Of a stretch of DNA of 27,508 bases, positions 8,232 to 17,056 are shown piece by piece. The translations under genes and the position numbers were made by a program. Each line of letters begins with the position of its first letter. Position 1 is the stretch's first letter. The stretch is from a virus. Taxonomy: Duplodnaviria; Caudoviricetes. The DNA lies in the IMG/VR virus record IMGVR_UViG_3300021408_000076, positions 1 through 27,508 of that record. One strand, given 5' to 3'. The notes beneath the pieces were generated by a model that searched no databases, was not told the origin of the DNA, and saw only the letters and a program-made list of their open reading frames with translations.

Positions 8232-9874
8232 GCTGCCGCCTGTTGGGTTTGAGTGTTGTCCTGTTGCTGCTGATCGACGGGCGAGCCGCCTGTCGGTTTT
8301 GTCGACGTGGTATCAAACGTCAATCCATATTGCGTGATCAGACCCTGCTCACGCTTCCGCTGCGCGAACTGTTCACGCCAGTCCGAGCCGAGGCGAGCGC
8401 ACTCCTGTTCGTAGGTGGACAGACCGCCAGCGATGCGGAGAAGCGCCGCCTGGGTTTCGCGGAGTTCGTCGATCTGTCCGGCGCCGGAACCTATCCACTT
8501 ACACGCGGTAAAGGCCTCTTTACAAAGAGGCTTGTAGAAAACATCGCGGCGGATGCCCCGGGGGAGCGGAACGTTTCCGTTCGCCATGTCTTCCTCAAGT
8601 ACCAGTGCGTAGATTTCCGTCGCGAGCCGGTCGGCGACGTGCTTCTTACGGGCTGCCATGTACTGGCCTTGAATGCCCATGGCCGCACGACCGGATGAGT
8701 AATTTGTCTTGCTGAAGTCACGCGAAAAGGCCTCGTACGCGAGACCGAGAGATGCCGCCGTGTGGCGCTGCAAACTCTCCTCGAAAGACGTGCCTATGCC
8801 GCCCGTTGTCTTAGCGGGTTGCATGTTCAATTTCGTTCCGGGAAACAGATGGGGGATTTGTGCGCCATCGATGCGAACGTTATTCGCGGCATCGAGATAC
8901 TGGCCGAGGGCGCCCATGTAGGCGCCGTACACGCCCATGAGCGACTTGCCGAGATTGTCTGGCGAGGCACCCATGGCGGCGGCGATGGCGTCGCTCGGTA
9001 GCTCGGACTCGATGGCGGCGGCGTAGGAGGCATTTATGACAGCATTTTGCAGCGTGACCTCGGTAAATTTCTTGGTCATGTGCATGTTTTTCATTGCCGC
9101 GACCATGTCCGAAATGCCGCGCGTCTGGTCTGGCAAGCCTTGCTCGACGATATGAATGACTTGCTTGCGTCCCCACGGCTTTATCACCGGCACGCGCCGC
9201 CAAACCATTGATAGGCCGTCGGGATACGGGTCGAGGGGATCACCCATACGGAAATTGTATGCCTGAGCCTTTCCGCGAAGATCGCGCTCCACGCCGCGCC
9301 GCAAGAACCTCGTATCGGACGTGTGGTTCGGATTGCACAAGCGATCACTCGCGACCATCTGGAATGTGGTATTGAACGGACGATCTGTCTCACGCACCCA
9401 TTCAGCCGTGCCGATTACCTCGCCCGTGATCAGGAACACCCCGATCGCCAGCCGTATCATACCAGTGAACGTGTTGACCCGTTGCGCGTCAAACCAGCAA
9501 CTGTTGCTGTCTGCCGCGAGACCGAACCGGGCCTCAACAACCTGTTGAAATTCGTCAGCCCATGTTTCGTCAAAACCCGTGGAGGTTTGCGACAATAACT
9601 GCCAGTTCGGTTGCGCGTTAAGCCGGTATTGTGCTCCGACAATACTGTCTTTATGCAGTGCAACGGCGCCGAAGGCCAATCCGCTGTTGCGAACCGTGTC
9701 ACGCCCTCTGGCGTCGGCCATGGGTTTTGCGCGGTTGATGATATCGTCGGGTGACCGCATGGACGGACGCCACAACGCCGTTTCGCGGGAGAACCTGTCC
9801 ACCCCTTCGAGAGCGCCACCGTTAAGAATTACGGAGGGCATCCCGTCGTGATGATGGTTGTGGTGGTCGGTCAT
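8228..9874 (-). CDS. Portal protein, lambda family
   Basis: 548 aa with ARGRDTVRN, QTRGIS, SRDFSKTNYSSGR and W.G.G...ID motifs. Confidence 0.93.
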   Translation of the reverse strand: MTDHHNHHHDGMPSVILNGGALEGVDRFSRETALWRPSMRSPDDIINRAKPMADARGRDTVRNSGLAFGAVALHKDSIVGAQYRLNAQPNWQLLSQTSTGFDETWADEFQQVVEARFGLAADSNSCWFDAQRVNTFTGMIRLAIGVFLITGEVIGTAEWVRETDRPFNTTFQMVASDRLCNPNHTSDTRFLRRGVERDLRGKAQAYNFRMGDPLDPYPDGLSMVWRRVPVIKPWGRKQVIHIVEQGLPDQTRGISDMVAAMKNMHMTKKFTEVTLQNAVINASYAAAIESELPSDAIAAAMGASPDNLGKSLMGVYGAYMGALGQYLDAANNVRIDGAQIPHLFPGTKLNMQPAKTTGGIGTSFEESLQRHTAASLGLAYEAFSRDFSKTNYSSGRAAMGIQGQYMAARKKHVADRLATEIYALVLEEDMANGNVPLPRGIRRDVFYKPLCKEAFTACKWIGSGAGQIDELRETQAALLRIAGGLSTYEQECARLGSDWREQFAQRKREQGLITQYGLTFDTTSTKPTGGSPVDQQQQDNTQTQQAAA

Positions 9875-10110
9875 CAGAACAGAAACTTTATTGGGCGAGC
9901 GCGGCAGAGGCCAAGGGCAATCGATCGGTACTCAGGGCACCGCCCTTGCAACACCTGGATCATTGACAACAAACCGGCACGGTTCGCGGTCGAATATTCG
10001 ATGCGCTCGCCGTTTTGATCCGTGACTGAACGGACGGTGCCGGATACGTTCAGATCGAACCATGCTTGATCCGCCTGACGCAGCAAAGTGCAGGGATCGA
10101 GATCGGCCAC
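9874..10110 (-). CDS. Head-to-tail joining protein (lambda gpW-like), 78 aa
   Basis: The likely start is GTG at 10110 with a GGAGG RBS (10119-10123). Contains G.VRSVTDQNGERIEYSTAN. The longer 219 aa track ORF overlaps terL. Confidence 0.8.
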   Translation of the reverse strand: MADLDPCTLLRQADQAWFDLNVSGTVRSVTDQNGERIEYSTANRAGLLSMIQVLQGRCPEYRSIALGLCRARPIKFLF

Positions 10111-10134
10111 AACAGATACCTCCGTGAATGTGCC

Positions 10135-10164
10135 CTTATACCGGGTATAGCCGAGCCGTGTCAA
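10135..10164 (-). promoter_or_regulatory. Candidate sigma70-like promoter upstream of the head genes
   Basis: TTGACA (10164-10159), N18, TATAAG (10140-10135) in the terL-gpW gap. Confidence 0.45.
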
Positions 10165-10186
10165 GCCCTGTTCCGGAAGTAACTTC

Positions 10187-13100
10187 TCAACCGAGCGTGC
10201 GGCCGAAACCACCGAAATCGAGTGCGGGTTCGTCTTTCTGTATATTGGCGAACGCCGCGACTTGCGGCGCGCTAACCAGATCGTTCTTGTCCCACGGCGC
10301 GGCCCAACCTGGGGGATTGTCCCAGTCGATACCCTCGACGCGTACCGCCGTGCTGACGCACAGTCCCATGGCGTAATAGCATAAATCCCACGCCTCGTTG
10401 CGATGATTGCGCGGGTTGTTCCAGCCCTTACCATCGCGGACCTCAACACACATCTCCGCGAACCACGCATCTGGCAACCATTGGCCATATCGCAACATTC
10501 CCTTACCGGGAACCATACATTCCACGCGACCACGCAATGCGTCTTTCAGCACATTGGAGTTTAGAAACATAATAGGCACATCTCCGCGCGCTGCCGAAAG
10601 CCTGTCTTTGCGATTGCTATCAGGAAATGAGATATGTGCTCTCGGCCTGGATGGACGTGTATCACCCTTCAGAAGATGGAACCTACCGGCTTCGCCGTTC
10701 TGACGCAACAATCGGTAGTAATTATATCCGTTTGTCGTTACGCCTTCTCGACCGCCGCTATCGCAACCCGTCATCTTGATACCCATGCGTCGACCGCTAC
10801 CGTCGGCCAACCGATAAGTACGTTTGATCACCTGTTCCGTGATCTGGTTCCAATCCTCCAGATACGCAGACGGCTTCACCCACTCAGTATCACCTTGCAC
10901 ATCTTTTCGTTCGCTCTTGCGTATCTGAAAACGATCTATCACAATCATGTCAAAAGGCGTCCCCGGCAACACGCCGTGGACTTGCACCGAAAACAAGTTA
11001 TTTTGCACGTCAACGGTCGCAACCAGGAAGCGCACGTTCTCCGGGATTTCCGGTTCCATGATGAAATCGACCACCTTCGGGTTCCATATGCGATCGATTA
11101 CGAGTTCGGAAGTTACTTCCGAAACTGGCAGAGGTTCGGCACGGGCCTTCAGGTTCTCGGGGAGGAGTTCGCTCTCCGTTGACTTCGGTAAATACGGCAC
11201 GCCGAGATCAGTATTGAAAAACTTCTTTAGCGCGTCGTCACTCCCCGTCTTCTCGCACTCGTTCAGGGCGTTCAAATATGACACAACCAGATTGGTCCAC
11301 GTGGTAAAATTTGCCGCTATCCCCGTCATCCAAAACGATGCGGTCATTGAACGCACGCCGCTGCCAATAACTTGCCCAGTATCCGGATCGACGCTCTGAC
11401 CGTCTTTCAGCCAAAGCCCCCATTCCTGCATCGTCTGACGTTCTGATTGCTCTATGCGGCAACCGTTCGCCGGACAGATGAGCCGTGCAGTCTCCGCAGA
11501 GGCAAGCACACTCGACTTTACGTCCCATTCCACATCCTTCCACTGTCCTTCGAAATAATTACCGCAGTGCGGACACGGCCAGTACCATCGGCGACGATCC
11601 CCGCGATTGTACAGCGCGAGGATACCCGTACACGGAGGCGCTTCGTGTGAAGTCGTCGCTATCCAGCGCGGATTTTCGACCGGCCTGGAAGGCGACGACT
11701 CCGCGACAGTCATCGCGAACGAACGAAATGTCGTCGTGCGCTTGCTGCCGAGATCGAATGGCGAACCGTCGCCGCCAACGTCGTCCGGCATCCTGTCGTA
11801 ATCGGTCAATGCGATGCGACCAACCGGGCGCCCAGCGAATTCTGTCACGGTCGGATGAGACAGGTTCAACAACATGCCGGTCACATATTGTTTGTCGTAG
11901 ACGTTGTCGGCCTCGCGAGCCTTCAACAGCATCTTGCCTATCTCGGGCGAATGACGATGCATGCGATCAACGCGCCGCATGGAAAAATCGCGCGAAGCCG
12001 ATTGCGTCGGGGAATAGATTATCATATCCATTCCGTCGACACGAATTGAGTAAGCGAGCCAATTGAGGATGAGGGCTTGCGTGTTGTGCGTCGGCACCAT
12101 CTGACGACCAGCGAGAAACAGATGGGACGCATTGTCAACCGCGATACACCGAACCGGCACGGAAGTAACTTCCGAAATATCCACGATACGGCGACGCCCG
12201 GTGTACGTCGGCCGTCCGTTTTCTCGTGAAGGCAGGCATATTGTTTTGCGAGAAAGATGAAACGGAGACGGGTCTTCCGCATACGCCACAAACGTTAAAT
12301 TGTGACTTGCTTTTCCGTATCTGGTCTCCCCCGAGTATGTATATTTCGGGTTTTCTTCCACGCCGCGCCTGACTTTATATCCGAGCGACACAATCAACTC
12401 TTGTACGTCATCCGCCAGTTCCGAAATAGAACTATCAAAACCGCACACGCCGGACGAACACCAACCGTCGGTATCCATCAAACCACGCAACAACTCACGT
12501 CGTTGGTCGATAGACGCACGAAGATACAATGCCGGTATGTTTTTCGATCCGGAGTAATCGGTAAGTTGCGACGTATTGATCGCGCCGTCTCCTAGCCAAC
12601 AGCCTAGAGTGTAAGGGTCTATCGACAGATATTCAGTCGCACACTCTACCGGCGAAGTGACGGGTATTGAGTAACGGGTTCGGTTCTTTTTACCGTAAGT
12701 GAACTTACGAGACATGGTTATCGTATCGATTGTTTTCAAATTTTCAGAGTAGTTGTCGCGCACAGTCCATTCGTGTCCGCCGTCCGCGACAATAGTGGTC
12801 CGATCGTCGAACGTAATTTCAAAACACCTGTTCCCTCGACGGACAGGAGAGCATAGCGTTACGCGACACGGTTTACCATCATCGCCGAACACCACGTGAC
12901 CCGGACGCAACTCTCCCATCGTGGTCCAGCCTAAAGGCGTAGCTATTGGCGTATCGAGCGGCAACGCTTTCGCCGATTGAGCCGGACCAACGAATATCGT
13001 CGCGGTCACCATACGACTTTGCAACGTATCTTGCGGCTCGACCATATAGGGAGCCATATCGTTGCGGTACGGTCCGATATACGAACCGGGATTATTCAGC

Positions 13101-13357
13101 CGTACATAGCGTTCAGCGGCGGCGGAAATGCGAATACGTTCTGGCGGACGTAGCAGTTCTGTCAAACTCAGAAAAATATCCTCGACGGTGTCAAAGGTAG
13201 TCTGCGTCTCCAGGCCTGGGCTGTCTGATGATGAGGTCTCCCCACTCGTCGTGCTCGTCGACATGGCCATTGCCACGAGGTCCAGCGACGGTCCCGGTTT
13301 CTTGCGGTGCGAACGCCTTGCCGCGGGAGTTCTTTCTAAGGTCTGTGAGGCGGACAA
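10187..13357 (-). CDS. terL: Terminase large subunit (lambda gpA family) containing an intein; start uncertain (TTG 13357 or ATG 13270/13264)
   Basis: Walker A GPAQSAK|T, Walker B IALTDYD, ESSP, WPCPHC zinc motif, TVDVQ nuclease motif and RNEAWDL. Position upstream of gpW and portal. Confidence 0.93.
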   Translation of the reverse strand: MSASQTLERTPAARRSHRKKPGPSLDLVAMAMSTSTTSGETSSSDSPGLETQTTFDTVEDIFLSLTELLRPPERIRISAAAERYVRLNNPGSYIGPYRNDMAPYMVEPQDTLQSRMVTATIFVGPAQSAKALPLDTPIATPLGWTTMGELRPGHVVFGDDGKPCRVTLCSPVRRGNRCFEITFDDRTTIVADGGHEWTVRDNYSENLKTIDTITMSRKFTYGKKNRTRYSIPVTSPVECATEYLSIDPYTLGCWLGDGAINTSQLTDYSGSKNIPALYLRASIDQRRELLRGLMDTDGWCSSGVCGFDSSISELADDVQELIVSLGYKVRRGVEENPKYTYSGETRYGKASHNLTFVAYAEDPSPFHLSRKTICLPSRENGRPTYTGRRRIVDISEVTSVPVRCIAVDNASHLFLAGRQMVPTHNTQALILNWLAYSIRVDGMDMIIYSPTQSASRDFSMRRVDRMHRHSPEIGKMLLKAREADNVYDKQYVTGMLLNLSHPTVTEFAGRPVGRIALTDYDRMPDDVGGDGSPFDLGSKRTTTFRSFAMTVAESSPSRPVENPRWIATTSHEAPPCTGILALYNRGDRRRWYWPCPHCGNYFEGQWKDVEWDVKSSVLASAETARLICPANGCRIEQSERQTMQEWGLWLKDGQSVDPDTGQVIGSGVRSMTASFWMTGIAANFTTWTNLVVSYLNALNECEKTGSDDALKKFFNTDLGVPYLPKSTESELLPENLKARAEPLPVSEVTSELVIDRIWNPKVVDFIMEPEIPENVRFLVATVDVQNNLFSVQVHGVLPGTPFDMIVIDRFQIRKSERKDVQGDTEWVKPSAYLEDWNQITEQVIKRTYRLADGSGRRMGIKMTGCDSGGREGVTTNGYNYYRLLRQNGEAGRFHLLKGDTRPSRPRAHISFPDSNRKDRLSAARGDVPIMFLNSNVLKDALRGRVECMVPGKGMLRYGQWLPDAWFAEMCVEVRDGKGWNNPRNHRNEAWDLCYYAMGLCVSTAVRVEGIDWDNPPGWAAPWDKNDLVSAPQVAAFANIQKDEPALDFGGFGRTLG
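12083..12967 (-). mobile_element. Class 3 intein (295 aa) with a shortened LAGLIDADG homing endonuclease domain
   Basis: Starts ALPLDTPI (Ala1) and ends MVPTHN followed by Thr+1. Block B ADGGHEW, block F VRCIAV, block G PTHN. LAGLIDADG motifs LGCWLGDG and LLRGLMDTDG. Confidence 0.9.
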
Positions 13358-13838
13358 CTAATTTCTCCCGTGCGTCGTTAAGGGCCTCGTGCATGAGGTT
13401 CTCGATAATCTCTCGCTGCTTGATTGTCAAGCCGGTCTCGCGTTCTACCGTGTCCGATGCCAGCATGAGCGAGAGCCGTAAAGTCTTAAACGCCTCGCTC
13501 GCCAGTTCCACAACCGCCGACGTGTCCCATAACTCGCCGATCTCTTTCAGGAACTTGATACGTTGATTTTGCCCATACCAATATTCTTTCGACAACATTT
13601 TCGGCAGATCGGTATGGTGCATCGACAGTATGCGCGACACCATTTCAGTCATGGTGTCGTCCATCTTCACCAACCTGGGTGCCACGTCCCTCACTCGCCA
13701 CACATCGAGGGTTCCACGTTTGGCGCGCGGTGGAATATCACCGATACGCATCCGCACGTCTTTTCGATCGATCCCAAACAACTGCGCGAGATCGGTTACA
13801 GTCGCGCCGATCATAAGCAGCTCGTTCTCGGTTGCCAT
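13191..13838 (-). CDS. terS: Terminase small subunit (DUF1441-like)
   Basis: 215 aa upstream of and overlapping terL. N-terminal HTH-like TVTDLAQLFGIDRKDV, then LPKMLSKEYW..GELW and a coiled coil. Confidence 0.8.
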   Translation of the reverse strand: MATENELLMIGATVTDLAQLFGIDRKDVRMRIGDIPPRAKRGTLDVWRVRDVAPRLVKMDDTMTEMVSRILSMHHTDLPKMLSKEYWYGQNQRIKFLKEIGELWDTSAVVELASEAFKTLRLSLMLASDTVERETGLTIKQREIIENLMHEALNDAREKLVVRLTDLRKNSRGKAFAPQETGTVAGPRGNGHVDEHDEWGDLIIRQPRPGDADYL

Positions 13839-13862
13839 GGAAGTTACTTCCGAAAAGTTGTC

Positions 13863-14717
13863 TCAACTACCCCGGCCGGGGACATACAGCGCGCGGGGTT
13901 TTCCTTCTCCGTTCTTAACCCTGAAATACTTGTCCGTCTCGCACAGTATATTCGGAACGTCGCTAAAGTCCATAGCGACTCCCGTTTCGGTTTCCATGAC
14001 CTCGTACATGAGCCGCATTTCTTTGAGCGCCTGTTCTTGCGAGACGATCGCCGTCAACTCCCTGCCGTGGAGCCGGTTCAGTCCGCGTAAGGTGCCGGGA
14101 CCAGCCGCCGCCCAGGTCGATACGTCCCTGGCATCGTTCAATATCGCGGTAAAACGCATATCGACTACCGCTTGATACGCCATGAAATGCCCCCACCCCC
14201 TGGCCTGCATGATCCACGCGTGGGTCTGTTGCATGCTGGTAGCGAGTTGGAATTCATATCTGCGGCGACGTTGCCATAGACCGCCTAATACGTCGAGAGC
14301 GATATACCGTTGCTTGTTCGCGCCTTTCTCGTGCGGGGCCGATATCATATACGCGCCGGTATACACCTTGCGACCGGCGGCTTTTCGGGCATCGAGGACC
14401 GCAGCGATATCCGCGCACACGCTTCGATCGTCTCGATCCGGCCACGCCCCTTCACTGATCAGTTCTTGAAGCGTTTCGGGCCAGTTTATTTGCCGCGCAA
14501 TGCATAGCATGAACCACAGATTGGGATGACCGGCGTAAGGCTCCCGGATGTTCTCCCGTATCCAGACCGTTCCGGTGTCATCCTCACGCCGGACATTGCA
14601 GAACCTATAGGTTCGCAAAATTTCATCCTCGGTCCAGGGCGGCGCAACGAACACCTTGGCGATGCGAATTTTCTCACGTTCGCACACCCAGCGAAACGCG
14701 GGTCGATAGTCAACCAT
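13863..14717 (-). CDS. Amino acid:DNA transferase / aGPT-PPlase clade 1 family (thymidine hypermodification enzyme)
   Basis: 284 aa with ERE.IR..K...PPWT.D.IL..YRFCNVRREDD, Y.GAYMI, G.G.FMAYQ.V.D, GPG..RGL and LCE.DKY.R motifs, which I recognise from this family. Confidence 0.8.
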   Translation of the reverse strand: MVDYRPAFRWVCEREKIRIAKVFVAPPWTEDEILRTYRFCNVRREDDTGTVWIRENIREPYAGHPNLWFMLCIARQINWPETLQELISEGAWPDRDDRSVCADIAAVLDARKAAGRKVYTGAYMISAPHEKGANKQRYIALDVLGGLWQRRRRYEFQLATSMQQTHAWIMQARGWGHFMAYQAVVDMRFTAILNDARDVSTWAAAGPGTLRGLNRLHGRELTAIVSQEQALKEMRLMYEVMETETGVAMDFSDVPNILCETDKYFRVKNGEGKPRALYVPGRGS

Positions 14718-14977
14718 CAGAAACGGCTCCCGTCCGGGCGCATACGCATCGGCGGAAAACGTTCATCGGCGTTTTCGGAAGTTACTTCCGGTTTGATATC
14801 TTCAAATACCCGCGTCTCACAACCTTCACCATGCTCGCCCCGGGCACACGCCGTCGGCTTCCAGCAGGTCAGGCACATTCCATCAATTATCGCCCTGTCA
14901 CACACGAACAATACCGCGTGCTCCACGTCAGATGTCGCGCAAGTCGGATTTTCGCATTTCATGCTGTCGTACTCCAT
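14717..14977 (-). CDS. Small Cys-rich hypothetical protein (possible Zn-binding)
   Basis: 86 aa with C-x4-C, CxxC and further Cys/His residues. Overlaps both neighbouring genes. Confidence 0.55.
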   Translation of the reverse strand: MEYDSMKCENPTCATSDVEHAVLFVCDRAIIDGMCLTCWKPTACARGEHGEGCETRVFEDIKPEVTSENADERFPPMRMRPDGSRF

Positions 14978-16491
14978 CGCCGTCTAAGGTCACGGATATG
15001 CCGCTTCACGATATCCTGAGCACTGCCTTTGTTCATCAGTACCGGCACCACCTTAACGTCAACCGTCCCTCTGGTTATCAGATGATATACCCGCACGACC
15101 TTCGCCTGTCCCGGCCTGTCCAAACGTTTGATCGTCTGGGCATAATCCTCGTATGGGAGCGGATTGTCAAACCAGACCAGAATATGACCAGGGCCATACT
15201 GCATATTCAAACCGTGGCCCGCGCTCCGGGGATGGATCAAGAGCATATCGATTTTGCCATTGTTCCAATTGGGAACGCATTTTCCTTCACGGTCCATCTT
15301 GACCGCTTTCGGGAACGCCTTTCTCAAACGTTCCAAGGACGAGCGGTGCCAGTAGGCTACGAGAAGCGGCGAACCTTGCGCTTCCTCGCGCAACTGCGTC
15401 ACTTCCTCGATCTTATGGTCGTGGATATGATGCCACTTCCGCTCGTTGTCATAAACCGCACCGCTCGCCATCTGAAGTAACTTCTGTCCGAGTACTGCGC
15501 CGTTTTCCGCTTCGATCTCGACCTCGGGGAGCGACAATATCAGATCTTTTTCGAACGCTCGGTACAACTCCATTTCCGACTTGTCGAGTATGATCGGCCG
15601 CTGAATGATAACGGCCTTTTCGCGATCGAGATAATCCTCCTCGCGCATGACGAGACATAGGTCCGCTATCTTATTGGCCACGAGCCTATCAGCCCCAGGA
15701 AGCGGCACCCACTTATAGCGAGGATTGTAAGACGGTGGAGCGGGCATCATGTAAGTGTGCTTAAATCGCGTAATGCCGCGACCGAACCGTTCACCGCGAT
15801 CGAGCAAGTAGACCTGGGCGAAATAATCTTCGATCCCCTCCGGCGCCGGAATGCCGCTAAGCAGATGTAGCCGCGTGATCTTCGGTCGGACCATATTCAG
15901 CGCCTTCCAACGCGCCGTGCGATGATCCGAAAACGACGTGCTCTCGTCGACGATCACGCAATCGTATGGCCAGTCTTTCCCCCAAAAGGCCACCAACCAC
16001 GCAACCGCCTCGCGATTAATGATGTGGATTATGGTTGGCGTTCTGGCGAGGTCCTGTTTCTGTTTCACGATGTGCGCCGTTTTCGCCTTGTTCGCCGCAT
16101 GGTTTGGCGAGCCGAAGTCGTCAAACTTCTCATCCACCCTCGCCGTACGCATCGCCTCCAACAGATCAGGGTGCGTTTCGTCCGCGCGTATCACCGTGAA
16201 GGTCATCCACCACGTATGCGACCACTCCCGTATTTCAGTAGGCCACGTCTGCACTGCTACGCGTAGCGGAGCAACGATCAACACGCGATTGACGCGGCCA
16301 AGCGTGAACAGTCGTTGAAGAACCGTCAACACGGAAACCGTTTTCCCCATTCCCATATCTACGAACGCCGCGCTAAAAGGGTTTTCCATGAGAAACGGCA
16401 CGATCTCGTTTTCCTGATAGTCTCGCAGCGTGGAAAAGTCACGAAACGCCCCGGCTAGTCGGCTCAGAAGTAACTTCCGAAATCCAGTCAT
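14959..16491 (-). CDS. SNF2-family (SF2) helicase
   Basis: DMGMGKT, IVDES, HPRSAGHGLNMQ and RLDRPGQ motifs. Start placed at the TGATG overlap at 16491 (MTGFRKLL). Confidence 0.9.
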   Translation of the reverse strand: MTGFRKLLLSRLAGAFRDFSTLRDYQENEIVPFLMENPFSAAFVDMGMGKTVSVLTVLQRLFTLGRVNRVLIVAPLRVAVQTWPTEIREWSHTWWMTFTVIRADETHPDLLEAMRTARVDEKFDDFGSPNHAANKAKTAHIVKQKQDLARTPTIIHIINREAVAWLVAFWGKDWPYDCVIVDESTSFSDHRTARWKALNMVRPKITRLHLLSGIPAPEGIEDYFAQVYLLDRGERFGRGITRFKHTYMMPAPPSYNPRYKWVPLPGADRLVANKIADLCLVMREEDYLDREKAVIIQRPIILDKSEMELYRAFEKDLILSLPEVEIEAENGAVLGQKLLQMASGAVYDNERKWHHIHDHKIEEVTQLREEAQGSPLLVAYWHRSSLERLRKAFPKAVKMDREGKCVPNWNNGKIDMLLIHPRSAGHGLNMQYGPGHILVWFDNPLPYEDYAQTIKRLDRPGQAKVVRVYHLITRGTVDVKVVPVLMNKGSAQDIVKRHIRDLRRRWSTTA

Positions 16492-16772
16492 CAGAACCCC
16501 TTCTTGTCGAGTATCCAACTCGACGCGTATATAGACAAACCGTCTTCGGTTCTGCGTAACTGGCTCAATGGGAACCAATTCATACGCGCGGGGCGCTGCG
16601 GTGACCGAGCGAAATGGAACAGCGCCGCGTTGTCCGTCCAGCTATCGATCATGCCGTCCCATTTCGGCACGTCCGAATATTTACTCTCCTCGAAAGACTG
16701 TATGACGGCGATCTTCATCATGAGGTCGCTTATGCCGTAAATCTCACGAGGAGCATTATGGAACTCTGACAT
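16491..16772 (-). CDS. Hypothetical protein
   Basis: 93 aa with AGGAGA RBS, co-oriented and tightly packed with neighbours. Confidence 0.65.
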   Translation of the reverse strand: MSEFHNAPREIYGISDLMMKIAVIQSFEESKYSDVPKWDGMIDSWTDNAALFHFARSPQRPARMNWFPLSQLRRTEDGLSIYASSWILDKKGF

Positions 16773-16783
16773 ATCTCCTGTCC

Positions 16784-17056
16784 CTATAGGTTTAGGATGC
16801 GTCTCGCATCCTGTGCGTTGTCTACCCAGTAGACCTCAAAGCCAAAGTACTCGCGCAGTTCCCTGTGTCGTTTCGATTGTTGTTTCGTAGGCCACTCTCC
16901 ACGACGCTTGAACTCCATGATGATCGCCCGACCGGCCTTGCCAAAAGCGCGGTCTGGCGCTCCACGGACGCCAAGAAACGTGAGTTTCCACGCCTTCCAA
17001 CCGGCGGCGCGGGCCTCCTCACATATCGTCGTCTCGATTATCGCTTCTGGTCCCAC
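16784..17056 (-). CDS. VRR-NUC domain nuclease (Holliday junction resolvase-like)
   Basis: E..IE..., GAPDR, MEFKR and Q..RH motifs. Typical position upstream of an SNF2 helicase. Confidence 0.85.
   Translation of the reverse strand: MGPEAIIETTICEEARAAGWKAWKLTFLGVRGAPDRAFGKAGRAIIMEFKRRGEWPTKQQSKRHRELREYFGFEVYWVDNAQDARRILNL

Noticed and set aside
10111-10533. N-terminal 140 aa of the 219-aa ORF 9874..10533
   Set aside because: It overlaps terL in another frame. A good RBS and the gpW-like sequence begin at 10110.
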